Below are positions 46,601 to 55,223 of a stretch of 64,000 bases of DNA, one piece after another; within the stretch, counting starts at the first letter, position 1, and each line of letters begins with the position of its first letter. The DNA is taken from assembly GCF_944388365.1 (NCBI RefSeq), contig NZ_CALXIN010000001.1:24776-88775 (forward strand). Direction: 5' to 3'. This DNA is from an uncultured Negativibacillus sp. GTDB taxonomy: Bacteria; Bacillota; Clostridia; Oscillospirales; Ruminococcaceae. Position numbers and translations under genes: made by a program. The notes beneath the pieces were generated by a model. That model was not told where the DNA came from. It was given only the letters and a program-made list of their open reading frames with translations, and ran no database searches.

Positions 46601-47387
46601 AAGCAACCGCCTGTTCGATGCCGCTGACATCAATGCCATAGACATGTTCACCAAGACGCTCGGCGGCAATGTTCAATACGGTTTTACAGTCCTTGGCAGC
46701 CTGCTGGCGGTCAGGATTGTTGTCCGAAATGCGAACGATGATTTCCGAACGCTTTTTATACAGTGCAACACAGGGTTTGGGAGCAGCCAGCAAATCTTTT
46801 AGCTGTTCTTCAACCTCTTCCATGCTCATCTCCATGATGCGAAGAACACGGCTGCAGCAGGGAGAAGAACTGGTCTTGTTGAGAATCTGATACAGGTAGT
46901 TTAAAAACAGGCTGTTTTGCTCTTCTTTGTCGGAAGGAAGAACAACGATGTGGAATCCTTCCCCTGCAATTTCAAAGCCAGGCAGCAGCGAATGGCGGCA
47001 CGGGAAGATACGTGCACCATCAGGCAGCATGGCAAGCTTGGCAGCTTCCTGCTCAGAAATTTTTGCGGATTTTACCAGACGATGTGCAATCTCGTTGTTT
47101 TCGGAGAGCGTTTTTCCGCATACCTCAGCAGCAGCGCGGATGCAGGCAGCATCGGCCGGCAGTTTGCCGGTCAGAGGACATAAAATCAATGCCTGCGGCT
47201 GTGCGCATGCTTCAAATGAATGTTTGAGACTGTCGATGTTCTTGGCAGGAAATTGCTGGATTTCATAGCCAAGCATCTTTAGCTCTTTTTCCATATAGGT
47301 TGATCCCAGAAGTCCGAGCGGATTGCCGGTGTCAACCCCGACGATAAAAACTTTCAATATATCCACCTCGATTACATCGCTGACCAT
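43617..47387 (-). CDS. Multidomain membrane protein: full-length CinA-like (MoCF plus degenerate PncC-like), TM helix, class-B sortase domain, five Big_2 Ig-like domains
   Basis: - CinA C-domain-like 'IRIAFAESGSAGLAAKRF'.
- TM helix at nt ~45876-45935.
- Sortase B at nt ~45162-45740 ('IKGWLKIDGTNVNFPVVQ', 'IIYGHNI', 'LTLSTC', 'RFVVVARRV').
- Repeated '...TLTA.V.P......W.SS....A.V...G.VTAV..G.A.ITV' units.
- The true start may be the TTG at 47357, which follows GAGGTGG. Confidence 0.8.
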   Translation of the reverse strand: MVSDVIEVDILKVFIVGVDTGNPLGLLGSTYMEKELKMLGYEIQQFPAKNIDSLKHSFEACAQPQALILCPLTGKLPADAACIRAAAEVCGKTLSENNEIAHRLVKSAKISEQEAAKLAMLPDGARIFPCRHSLLPGFEIAGEGFHIVVLPSDKEEQNSLFLNYLYQILNKTSSSPCCSRVLRIMEMSMEEVEEQLKDLLAAPKPCVALYKKRSEIIVRISDNNPDRQQAAKDCKTVLNIAAERLGEHVYGIDVSGIEQAVALLCASKNIRIAFAESGSAGLAAKRFLNVDKEKKLVYSTYACQPEQMDLEKLGINDKIGQTFGPVSANVAAAMALGASKQEEKDLLGLAITLPNAVFKTRKAYIAAVLNGVCMMQELDASNYRSLTQMTEDAVAKMFNLARKLAASYPQAPVDSCDAEEAVLEGMAAAASGALAVSEDAPLEATGKKGKKKSQAPSKAPKGFKGILYRIFPNKDDSTFDKIRKVLMWICLLVFCSSVFYLVDFNAQNKKSQENLANLQDQMEQAEKDVADGKINASNIEGYPNDYLPKFYPFYLQNEDIKGWLKIDGTNVNFPVVQAADNDYYSRLGFDGEYDYYGTPYIDYECDVKTPSTNIIIYGHNIRNDGQMFNDLTKYKQLSFYQQYPTVSFDSVYKTGTYKIIGAFITNNTAEHDNGNVFQYNHFVNAESEEEFNEFIDEVRRRSIFDTPVDVKYGDELLTLSTCTYEFTDARFVVVARRVRDGEDASVDVDQAVINEDAYYPAVYANAAEYAKKLGQVKSITIQGDRELSMKVGDTTTLTAKVSPSDAAIQSCTWDSSNTSVATVDRTTGLVTAVGAGTTQITVTADDGGYIDYITITVKSDGKEPTGISLNTSALAMKPEGTATLTATLQPSGAQASLNWKSSDESIVRVSSSGDTTASLTAVKAGTADVTVTTSDGKYSATCKITVAAGGADASHPQAVFAQSSLTLTVGQAQNIKLSITPTNADVGEVTFSSSSDAISVQDGYSDTDVIITGKSAGQATLTATTSTGLTASCTITVKAEGTSTASVKMSANPLVLNPGEEAQLQYKVEPSNTEIVWTSSDPRIADVDENGYVTTINSLDQTTDVTITMATKDGSVTSQTTVTVVGTNGSSSSSGSNTDQSDQNNQNNNQHQQADLGLSAKDASVSVGSSVELDISIELAASDVSVQCSSSDSNVVHVDNNGIATGVSPGTATVTITATEKSTGKQQTSTITVTVEGGGYGTNSGYGYGESDSQRG

Positions 47388-47469
47388 GTATTTGACCGGC
47401 GAGTAGTTCTACAAGAATAATAATACAAACACCCTATGCTTTCAAGCGGAAAATCCTGTTTGCCCCGAA

Positions 47470-48645
47470 TTAAGAATTGGAAATAGAAAGTTCCTCGATA
47501 TTTTCGATGGCGCGGGAGATCAGTTCCTCCTGCTTCATCTCATCCTCAGCAAATTTGACAAACTTCAGCTGTGGTTTTGTACGCGGGTGTTTTGGCGTAA
47601 ATACTGTACAGCAGTCCTCGTAAGGGAGGATAGAAGTTTCGAAGGTGTCGATTTTGCGGGAGATGATGACGATCTCGTCCTTGTCCATGCCGATGACCGG
47701 ACGCAGTACCGGCATGTCGCAAGCTTCGTCGGTGCAAGCGATCGCCTGAATGGTCTGGCTTGCAACCTGGCCCACACTTTCGCCGGTGACCAGCGCCTCG
47801 CACTCGTTGGCACGGGCAACGCGGCAGGCAATCTTCATCATATAGCGACGCATGATGATGGTGAACAGATCTTCCGGACACTGGTCACGGATTGCTTCCT
47901 GAATCTCGGTGAAAGGAACGATGTACATTTTGATGCGTCCACAGTAGGAACACATCTTCTGTGCAAGGTCGATTACCTTCTGTTTTGCACGCTCCGAGGT
48001 GTACGGAGGAGAAACAAAATGGATCGCACTGATTTCCAGTCCGCGCTTTGCCATCATATAGCCGGCAACAGGGCTGTCAATACCGCCGGAGATCAGAAGC
48101 ATTGCTTTGCCGCCGCTTCCTACCGGAATGCCGCCGGCACCTTTGATCTGGCTGCCATGAATGTAGGCTGCATAGTCACGTACTTCTACCATAACGGTGA
48201 CGTCAGGGTGATGCACGTCAACGGTCAGATGCGGGAATTTTTCCAGCAGATACTCACCGACTCCTGCACAGATTTCCGGAGATTTGAGCGGGAAGGTTTT
48301 GTCCGAACGTTTTGCCTCCACTTTAAAGGTGGCAGCGTTCTCCAGTTCCTCTGCAAGGTATGCGGCAGCGGTGGTTTTGATGAGTTCAAAATCCTTATCC
48401 ACAACACAGGCACGAGTCAGTGCAGCAATACCAAATACCTTTTGCAGGCGGTCGACTGCCTCGTCCAAATCATAGCCGTCCTCGTCCGGCTCCACATAGA
48501 TGGTGGACTGGGCCTTTTTAAAGTGGAAGGAGCCGACCGGCATCAGCTTGCGGCGGGCATTTTTGATCAATCGGTCTTCAAACGCATGGCGGTTAAGACC
48601 CTTGAGGGCGATTTCGCCGTTTTTGAGCAGAATTACTTCTTTCAT
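47470..48645 (-). CDS. thiI: tRNA 4-thiouridine(8) synthase ThiI
   Basis: THUMP N-terminus and PP-loop 'LLISGGIDSPVAGYMMAKRG'. Confidence 0.93.
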   Translation of the reverse strand: MKEVILLKNGEIALKGLNRHAFEDRLIKNARRKLMPVGSFHFKKAQSTIYVEPDEDGYDLDEAVDRLQKVFGIAALTRACVVDKDFELIKTTAAAYLAEELENAATFKVEAKRSDKTFPLKSPEICAGVGEYLLEKFPHLTVDVHHPDVTVMVEVRDYAAYIHGSQIKGAGGIPVGSGGKAMLLISGGIDSPVAGYMMAKRGLEISAIHFVSPPYTSERAKQKVIDLAQKMCSYCGRIKMYIVPFTEIQEAIRDQCPEDLFTIIMRRYMMKIACRVARANECEALVTGESVGQVASQTIQAIACTDEACDMPVLRPVIGMDKDEIVIISRKIDTFETSILPYEDCCTVFTPKHPRTKPQLKFVKFAEDEMKQEELISRAIENIEELSISNS

Positions 48646-48671
48646 ACAATACCTCTCTATTCAAAATGGGA

Positions 48672-49811
48672 TTATTTTCGGAAACGTTCCAGACCCTGCT
48701 GCAAAGCGGACAGAAATACAGGAACCTCTTCAAGGGTGTTATAGCGGCCAAAGCTCAGGCGAATGGCGCTGTCGGCGCGCTGATGTTCCAGTCCCATGGA
48801 GGAAAGAACATGGCTGGCGCCGCCTTTGGCACAGGCAGAACCGCTGGAAACATAAATATTTTGTTCTTCCAAAAAGTGAAGCATGATCTCCGAACGGACT
48901 CCCAATGCAGAGAAGTTCAGAATATAAGGTGTCGCGTCGGAGGGAGAGTTGATGCAGATGTCAGGAAGTTTTGTCAATCCATCCAAAAGTGCGTCCCGAA
49001 TTTGGGTTACTCTTTCATGATTTTCCTGTTGTTCCTTCATTAGAAGTTCTGCGCAAAGTCCCATAGCACAGGCGCCGGAGATATTTTCGGTGCCAGGACG
49101 GACATTCTTTTCCTGCCCGCCGCCGAAGGTAACCGGACGGAAGCGTGTCCCTTTTTTGATGTACAGTGCGCCGATGCCCTTGGGCGCATAGATCTTGTGA
49201 CCGCTGACCGACAAAAAGTCGACATCCAGCGTTTTTCCCAGACGCAGCGGCTCCTTGCAGTAGGCCTGCACGGCATCACAGTGGATGAGCAGCTGCGGAT
49301 ATTTGCGGCGCAGCAGGCGGCTGACCTGTCCCACCGGCAGGATGCTGCCGACCTCATTGTTGACCGCCATCATCGAAACCAGCACGGTTTTGTCATCCAC
49401 CGCATCCAGCACCTGCTGCGCAGTGATCTGACCATTCTGGTCAGGCGTCAGGCGGACAATCTCCCAGCCCTCACTCTCGAGATATTTAACGGTATTGAGC
49501 ACCGCGTCATGCTCAAAGGCAGTGGTGACAATGCGATTTCCAAGGCGGCGCTGTGCACGGGCTGCTCCCAGAATGGCAATGTTATCGGCGTCGGTTCCGC
49601 CGGAGGTAAAATAAATTTCCGAGCTTTGGCATCCCAGCGAACGGGCGACCTGCTCCCGCGCAGTGTCCAGCCGTTTCTGCGCCTGAAATCCCTTGCGGTG
49701 CAAGGAGGATGGATTTCCGTAGCAGTCGGTCAGCATCTCATAGACAAGTTTGGCGGCTTCCTCTCTGGTTCGGGTCGTCGCGCTGTTATCATAGTAAATT
49801 TCTTCCGGCAA
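48672..49811 (-). CDS. Cysteine desulfurase (NifS/IscS-like, class V aminotransferase)
   Basis: PLP-lysine 'SVSGHKIYAPKGIGALY' and active-site loop 'SSGSACA'. Adjacent to thiI. Confidence 0.9.
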   Translation of the reverse strand: MPEEIYYDNSATTRTREEAAKLVYEMLTDCYGNPSSLHRKGFQAQKRLDTAREQVARSLGCQSSEIYFTSGGTDADNIAILGAARAQRRLGNRIVTTAFEHDAVLNTVKYLESEGWEIVRLTPDQNGQITAQQVLDAVDDKTVLVSMMAVNNEVGSILPVGQVSRLLRRKYPQLLIHCDAVQAYCKEPLRLGKTLDVDFLSVSGHKIYAPKGIGALYIKKGTRFRPVTFGGGQEKNVRPGTENISGACAMGLCAELLMKEQQENHERVTQIRDALLDGLTKLPDICINSPSDATPYILNFSALGVRSEIMLHFLEEQNIYVSSGSACAKGGASHVLSSMGLEHQRADSAIRLSFGRYNTLEEVPVFLSALQQGLERFRK

Positions 49812-50136
49812 AACCTACACTTCCCTCAGAATGATACTGGTACTTCGCAGACAAAGTACCGCACAGAATCGGCCGCCGTTGGCCGTCTGTTAAAAACAAT
49901 GCATACTTTTTCATTATACCTCATTCGGCAATATCTTTCAAACCCTGCGGCGCTATTTTACAGTATTTTTACAGCCGACGAAAACAATAGATGGGACAAA
50001 TGAAAAAAATACACAGCGATTCCATAAAACGCCTTTGTTTCTGACGCGTTATCAGTTATAATAAGAGCAGATTTACATACTGTCGTATGAAGATTGGAAG
50101 TTTCATTGAAATAAGTGAGGATGTTTTAACAAATTT

Positions 50137-51156
50137 ATGGCGATCAATCGATTTATGCGCGCAACACTCAAAGCGCTCTCTTACCCCGAAATTTTGGACA
50201 AGAAAAACGGATACCGCCTGCAGCGGGCTGCAGTAAATGCGGCACATCCGCATGTGCTGCGACCGTTTTATAAAATCTGGGACCGTGAGGTCTATGCAGG
50301 GGATCACAACGTCCCTGTGCGAATTTTTTCTCCGGATCTGGAGGGTACCTATCCGGCGCTGCTGTTTTTCCACGGCGGTGGATGGGTCACCGGCAATATT
50401 GACTCCTACGACAAAGTTTGCACCAATATGGCTAAAATTACCAGACATACGGTGATTTCGGTCGATTACCGGCTGGCGCCGGAATATAAGTTTCCGGCAG
50501 CGCCGGAGGACTGTTACCAGGTGGCTCGGGAGCTGTTTTTGCACAGCGATCTGTTTGGCATTAAGCCGGAGCAGATCACGCTGATTGGCGACAGCGCAGG
50601 CGGCAATCTGGCAGCGGTTGTTTCGCTGATGGCACGTGACCGCGGCGAATTTTTGCCAAGCCGACAGATTTTACTATATCCTGCCACCAACAACGACCAT
50701 ACGGAAAACTCGCCGTTTGAATCGGTCCGTTCCAACGGGAAAGGTTATCTGCTGACCAGCAAGCGTATGGTGGATTATATGGCGCTGTATCGTTCCTCAG
50801 AGGAAGATCTGCACAATCCGTATTATGCGCCGCTGATCTGCGATGACCTGCGCAACCAGCCACAGACGCTCATTATCACCGCAGAGTTTGATCCGCTGCG
50901 CGACGAAGGAGAAGCCTATGGACGGAAACTGATGGAGTTTGGCAATGTGGTGGAGATGCACCGCATCCATGACGCTCTGCATGGATTTATGTCGCTGGGT
51001 CCAGGATTCAAGCATGTGAAAAAAGCGTACCGTTATATCAATGCATTTTTGAATCGTCCGGTGGATCACTTGAACCGGATGGTTTTTGAGTCGCAGGACA
51101 CTGGTGACGAACAGAAACAGAATGATCACGAAGAGGTGAATGGCCTTGAAGCCTAA
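50137..51156 (+). CDS. Alpha/beta hydrolase, hormone-sensitive-lipase-like esterase
   Basis: Oxyanion 'FHGGGW', nucleophile elbow 'GDSAGGNL', and a C-terminal 'DALHGF'. Confidence 0.85.
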   Translation: MAINRFMRATLKALSYPEILDKKNGYRLQRAAVNAAHPHVLRPFYKIWDREVYAGDHNVPVRIFSPDLEGTYPALLFFHGGGWVTGNIDSYDKVCTNMAKITRHTVISVDYRLAPEYKFPAAPEDCYQVARELFLHSDLFGIKPEQITLIGDSAGGNLAAVVSLMARDRGEFLPSRQILLYPATNNDHTENSPFESVRSNGKGYLLTSKRMVDYMALYRSSEEDLHNPYYAPLICDDLRNQPQTLIITAEFDPLRDEGEAYGRKLMEFGNVVEMHRIHDALHGFMSLGPGFKHVKKAYRYINAFLNRPVDHLNRMVFESQDTGDEQKQNDHEEVNGLEA

Positions 51157-52420
51157 CGTAAAAGATTGGAGCCGGTTGGACAATGCGGCAAAAATTTTCC
51201 CACCAACCAGCAACAAGCAGGATACCAAGGTGTTTCGATTTGCCTGTCAGCTCAATGAGTGGGTGGACAGAGATATTTTGCAGCAGGCAGCCGAGCGGAC
51301 GTTGGAGGTATTTCCTACCTTCCGCAGCGTTCTCAAGCACGGACTGTTCTGGTATTATCTGGAAAAGACAGATTTGCTTCCGATTGTGGAGCCTGAATAC
51401 CGTCCGCCGTGTGGGCAGATCTATGATCCCAGCAGCCGCAACCTGCTGTTTGAGATCACCTGTTATCGCGACCGAATCAACCTGGAGGTCTATCATGCGC
51501 TGACCGATGGAACCGGTGCGCTCCAATTTTTAAAGACACTGGTCTGCAACTATCTGAGCATCAAATATCCGCAGCTTCGCCAGGAGCTGTTGTCGGAGAT
51601 AGAATATGATGCTTCGGTAAGCGACCGTGGTGAGGACAGCTTTTTAAAATACTATGACCCGCATCAAAAGGTCAAACAAACCAAGGCAAGAAAATCCTGT
51701 CAGCTCAAAGGTGCAAGGGTGCCGGAGGGAAGATTGAAGATCATCGAGGGAATTATGCCGGTCAAGGAGGTCATTGCGCTGGCAAAGGCGCACCAGACCA
51801 CGCTGACGGTGCTGCTTACCTCCATGATGCTGATTGCCTTTGCCCAGGAAATTCCTCTGCGGAAAAAGAAACGTCCGGTGATCTTGTCGGTGCCGGTTAA
51901 TCTGCGCAATTATTTCCATTCGGACACCGCACGCAACTTTTTTGGAGTCATTCAGGTGGGCTATAACTTCTCAGAAGGTCCAGGAACGCTGGAGGATGTG
52001 ATTGCACATGTCAAAGAGGAGTTTAAGCGGGAGCTGACGGCGGAGCAGCTGGGCGCCAGAATGGCGGCTCTGTCAAAGGCAGAGCACAATTTTGTTGCTC
52101 GTGCGGTGCCGCTGGTCATTAAGGACGTCATTTTGTGGACAGCGGATACAATTAGTGAGTCCTATACGGCAGGAAGCATCTCCAACATTGGAAAAATCGA
52201 CCTGCCACAGGCTGCCAAACCGTATGTCAAACGTTTTGATGTCTTTGTCAGCACCGATAAATTGCAGGCGTGTCTGTGCTCCTACGGAGAGGAGCTTACC
52301 ATCAGCTTTACTTCAGCTTTTTTGAGTGCCAATGTACAGAAGCACTTTTTCCGGCAGCTGACCAACGAGGGCATTTCGGTCGAGATTCAGTCGAATAAGT
52401 TGGAGGATGATATCCAGTGA
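51140..52420 (+). CDS. HxxxD acyltransferase of the condensation-domain/alcohol-acetyltransferase superfamily
   Basis: 'EVYHALTDGTGALQFLKTL' (HxxxDG). 426 aa. Overlaps the upstream gene by 17 nt. Confidence 0.7.
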   Translation: MALKPNVKDWSRLDNAAKIFPPTSNKQDTKVFRFACQLNEWVDRDILQQAAERTLEVFPTFRSVLKHGLFWYYLEKTDLLPIVEPEYRPPCGQIYDPSSRNLLFEITCYRDRINLEVYHALTDGTGALQFLKTLVCNYLSIKYPQLRQELLSEIEYDASVSDRGEDSFLKYYDPHQKVKQTKARKSCQLKGARVPEGRLKIIEGIMPVKEVIALAKAHQTTLTVLLTSMMLIAFAQEIPLRKKKRPVILSVPVNLRNYFHSDTARNFFGVIQVGYNFSEGPGTLEDVIAHVKEEFKRELTAEQLGARMAALSKAEHNFVARAVPLVIKDVILWTADTISESYTAGSISNIGKIDLPQAAKPYVKRFDVFVSTDKLQACLCSYGEELTISFTSAFLSANVQKHFFRQLTNEGISVEIQSNKLEDDIQ

Positions 52421-53088
52421 AGTACTGTGAAAAATGCAAGGTGTATGTCCCTTCGGGAAGAGAACGCTGCCCGTTGTGTCAGCGCTTTCTGGTGGAGGGA
52501 GAACATCAGGGATATAACGACGAAATTTTTCCTTATATTCCAACCATGTATCATCAGCACAATCTGCTGATCCGTATCCTGTTGTTTTTATCTGTTGTTT
52601 TTTGTGTCGTCTGTTTTGCGCTGAACCTGCTGATTTGGAACCACAGCTGGTGGTCGTTATTTGTTCTGTTGGGTGTGGCGGCTGCCTGGCTGACGGTGGC
52701 ACAGGCTATTCGCAAAAGAACCACCTTCTGCAAACATGTGTTGTACCAGATGGTCACCATTGCGCTGGTAGCGGTGATTTTTGATCTGCTGACCGGTTTT
52801 TATCGTTGGTCGTTTAACTATGTGATACCGGCTTTGTGCGCTTTTTCCATGGTGGTGGTTGCGACCATCGCGGTGATGGGCCATCGGTTGATTCAAAACT
52901 ACATCATTTACATGGTGGTGTCCGCAATCTTTGGCATTGTACCGCTGCTGTTTTTGATTCCGGATTGGACCACCGTCTTGTGGCCGACGGTGTTGACCGC
53001 CTCGGCTGGTGTGATCTATCTGGCAGCATTGGTGCTGTTCATTGGACAGGACACCTGGGTGGAACTGAAAAAAAGGCTTCATATGTAA
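52417..53088 (+). CDS. Zinc-ribbon plus polytopic membrane protein (DUF6320-like)
   Basis: 'YCEKCKVYVPSGRERCPLCQ', then 5-6 TM helices. GTGA start/stop overlap with the upstream gene. Confidence 0.6.
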   Translation: MKYCEKCKVYVPSGRERCPLCQRFLVEGEHQGYNDEIFPYIPTMYHQHNLLIRILLFLSVVFCVVCFALNLLIWNHSWWSLFVLLGVAAAWLTVAQAIRKRTTFCKHVLYQMVTIALVAVIFDLLTGFYRWSFNYVIPALCAFSMVVVATIAVMGHRLIQNYIIYMVVSAIFGIVPLLFLIPDWTTVLWPTVLTASAGVIYLAALVLFIGQDTWVELKKRLHM

Positions 53089-53125
53089 AACAAAACCGCT
53101 GAAGAATCTTCAGCGGTTTTGTTTT
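53087..53125. terminator. Bidirectional terminator
   Basis: aaaacaaaaccgctgaaga-a-tcttcagcggttttgtttt. Confidence 0.8.
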
Positions 53126-53138
53126 AGATGGATTGTAC

Positions 53139-53699
53139 TTAGAAAAGGAGAAGGAGCAGTGCAACTGCTACAGCAACGCCTCCTCCGATTCGGTTGAGGA
53201 CCAGAGCAGCTTCGGAGGGCTCTGCATTGCTGTATCGCCAGCCGTAGCCCAGATACCACGAAGTCTGCGGAAAAAACAGATTAAAAATACCGACAGCAAT
53301 CAGCACTACGATGAGCAGAATATTTTTGGGCTCCTGAGGTTCTGGTATCCTGCTGATGACAGCTTTCTGAAGGACACTGCCTTCAATGTAGCTTGTTTCA
53401 TCATAATCATCGCTCCATCCGCCAAACCCGCTGGAAAATTCGCCGCTGCGTTGCTCATTCCACCACCAGGAGGAGCCGTCAGGATAGGTGATGTTGACCT
53501 TATAACCGTTGGCGTATGCAGAAACGGTGTAGCGGTAGAGATTGGTCCCATCCGAAATGGTGCCTGCTTCTGGGTTTACCGTGAGGTTAATTCCATTGAC
53601 AGAGGTTGTATAGGAGATATCGGCAGATTCCGAGGATGTACAAGAGCAGAGGGAAAATATCAGCAACATTCCAAAGAGAAATACCAGCCATTTTTTCAT
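53139..53699 (-). CDS. Putative lipoprotein with a C-terminal membrane anchor
   Basis: Signal peptide plus lipobox 'MKKWLVFLFGMLLIFSLC'. Two C-terminal hydrophobic helices. Confidence 0.6.
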   Translation of the reverse strand: MKKWLVFLFGMLLIFSLCSCTSSESADISYTTSVNGINLTVNPEAGTISDGTNLYRYTVSAYANGYKVNITYPDGSSWWWNEQRSGEFSSGFGGWSDDYDETSYIEGSVLQKAVISRIPEPQEPKNILLIVVLIAVGIFNLFFPQTSWYLGYGWRYSNAEPSEAALVLNRIGGGVAVAVALLLLLF

Positions 53700-53825
53700 G
53701 CAAACACCTCACTTAAAACAGAGGAAAACCATATTTATTGGCTTTATTATACCATCTCTAAAGGAAGGATACAATCAAGACGAAAGAAAAACCAGAGGAC
53801 ATCTTTGATATCCTCTGGTTTTGTA

Positions 53826-55223
53826 TTATTCTTCCTCAAGGCTGTCAGGCATTTCCTGGATACATTTGGTATAGGTCAAACGCAGCAGCAGGATGCTGAC
53901 GATGAGCGAAAAGATTTCTGCGATAGGGAACGCAAGCCATACCTGATTGAGGGTGCCAAACTTGGAGATCAGCCATGCACAAGGCAGCAGGATCACCAGC
54001 TGACGCAGCACCGAGATCAGCAGACTGTTTTTGCCCTCGCCGATCGCCTGAAAGAAGTTGGAGAAGGCGATGCCCAAAGCGGCAGCAGGGAAGCACAGGC
54101 TGATGATTCGCAGAGCAGAGATACCGATCTGCATCATTTCATCGCTGGCGTTAAAGAGCAGGAGCAGGTATTTTGCACCGAACTGGAACAGCAGCAGACC
54201 AACCAGCATGATACCCAGCGAGATCATCGAGGAGAGCTTGAGGGTGTGGGTCAGACGCTTTTTGTTGCGTGCGCCAAAGTTGTAACCCATGATCGGCATA
54301 GCGCCGTGGCCCAGGCCGAATACCGGCATGAACACAAAGGACTGGAGTTTAAAGTAGACGCCCAGAACGGCGACGGCTGCCTGCGAAAAGACGATGAGGA
54401 TATTATTGAGCACCATAATCATCACAGAGCCGATCGACTGCATGATGATCGAAGGAAAACCGACGGCAAAGATGTCCCGAACAATCTGTCCCGAAAAACG
54501 GAAGCCCTTAAAGTGAACCTGTACAGCGTGTTCCTTTTTGATAATGATATAGATGGCAAAGAACATCGACAAGATCTGTCCGGCAACAGTGGCAATCGCA
54601 GCGCCCTTGACTCCCATGGCAGGCAGACCGAACCAGCCGAAGATGAAGATAGGGTCCAGAATGATATTGGAGATAGCGCCGGTGAGCTGGAACAGCATGG
54701 GATAGACCATGTTTCCGGTTGCCTGAAGGGTTTTTTCGAGGGTAATTTCAACAAAGCAGCCGAACGAGAAGATGGTGACAATCGAGGTGTAGTCGATACC
54801 CATCTGTACAACAATCGGGTCGTTGGTGAACGACTCAAAGAATATCCGGCAGAAGAACAGGCCGAAGATGCAGAAGCACAGCCATTCTGCCAGTGCAATC
54901 AAAACGCCGTGGGTGGCAGCAAGACTCGCTTCTCGATCGCGGCGTTCGCCAAGACGGCGGGAGATCAACGAGTTTAAGCCGATGCAGGTTCCTACACTGA
55001 CGGCAATCAGAAAGTTCTGGATAGGGAAGGCGAGCGAAACAGCGGTCAAAGCATTTTCACCGATCTGTGCGACGTAGATGCTGTCGACGACGTTGTACAA
55101 TGCCTGAATCAGCATCGAGAACATGGCGGGCAGAGACATCGAGATCAGCAGTTTTCCGACGGGGACAGTTCCCATCTTGTTCTGTGGTGCAGGGGAAGCG
55201 TTAGGCGTCGAATTTTCTGGCAT
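53826..55223 (-). CDS. MATE-family efflux transporter
   Basis: 12-TM profile. 'PAMFSMLIQALYNVVDSIYVAQIGENALTAVSLAFPI'. Confidence 0.88.
   Translation of the reverse strand: MPENSTPNASPAPQNKMGTVPVGKLLISMSLPAMFSMLIQALYNVVDSIYVAQIGENALTAVSLAFPIQNFLIAVSVGTCIGLNSLISRRLGERRDREASLAATHGVLIALAEWLCFCIFGLFFCRIFFESFTNDPIVVQMGIDYTSIVTIFSFGCFVEITLEKTLQATGNMVYPMLFQLTGAISNIILDPIFIFGWFGLPAMGVKGAAIATVAGQILSMFFAIYIIIKKEHAVQVHFKGFRFSGQIVRDIFAVGFPSIIMQSIGSVMIMVLNNILIVFSQAAVAVLGVYFKLQSFVFMPVFGLGHGAMPIMGYNFGARNKKRLTHTLKLSSMISLGIMLVGLLLFQFGAKYLLLLFNASDEMMQIGISALRIISLCFPAAALGIAFSNFFQAIGEGKNSLLISVLRQLVILLPCAWLISKFGTLNQVWLAFPIAEIFSLIVSILLLRLTYTKCIQEMPDSLEEE

Noticed and set aside
53133-54977. A 614-aa plus-strand ORF spanning the lipoprotein gene, the intergenic spacer and much of the MATE gene.
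   Set aside because: It is antisense to two independently well-supported minus-strand genes. The sequence has no recognisable domains and no RBS. It is treated as a chance extension of a mirror ORF.
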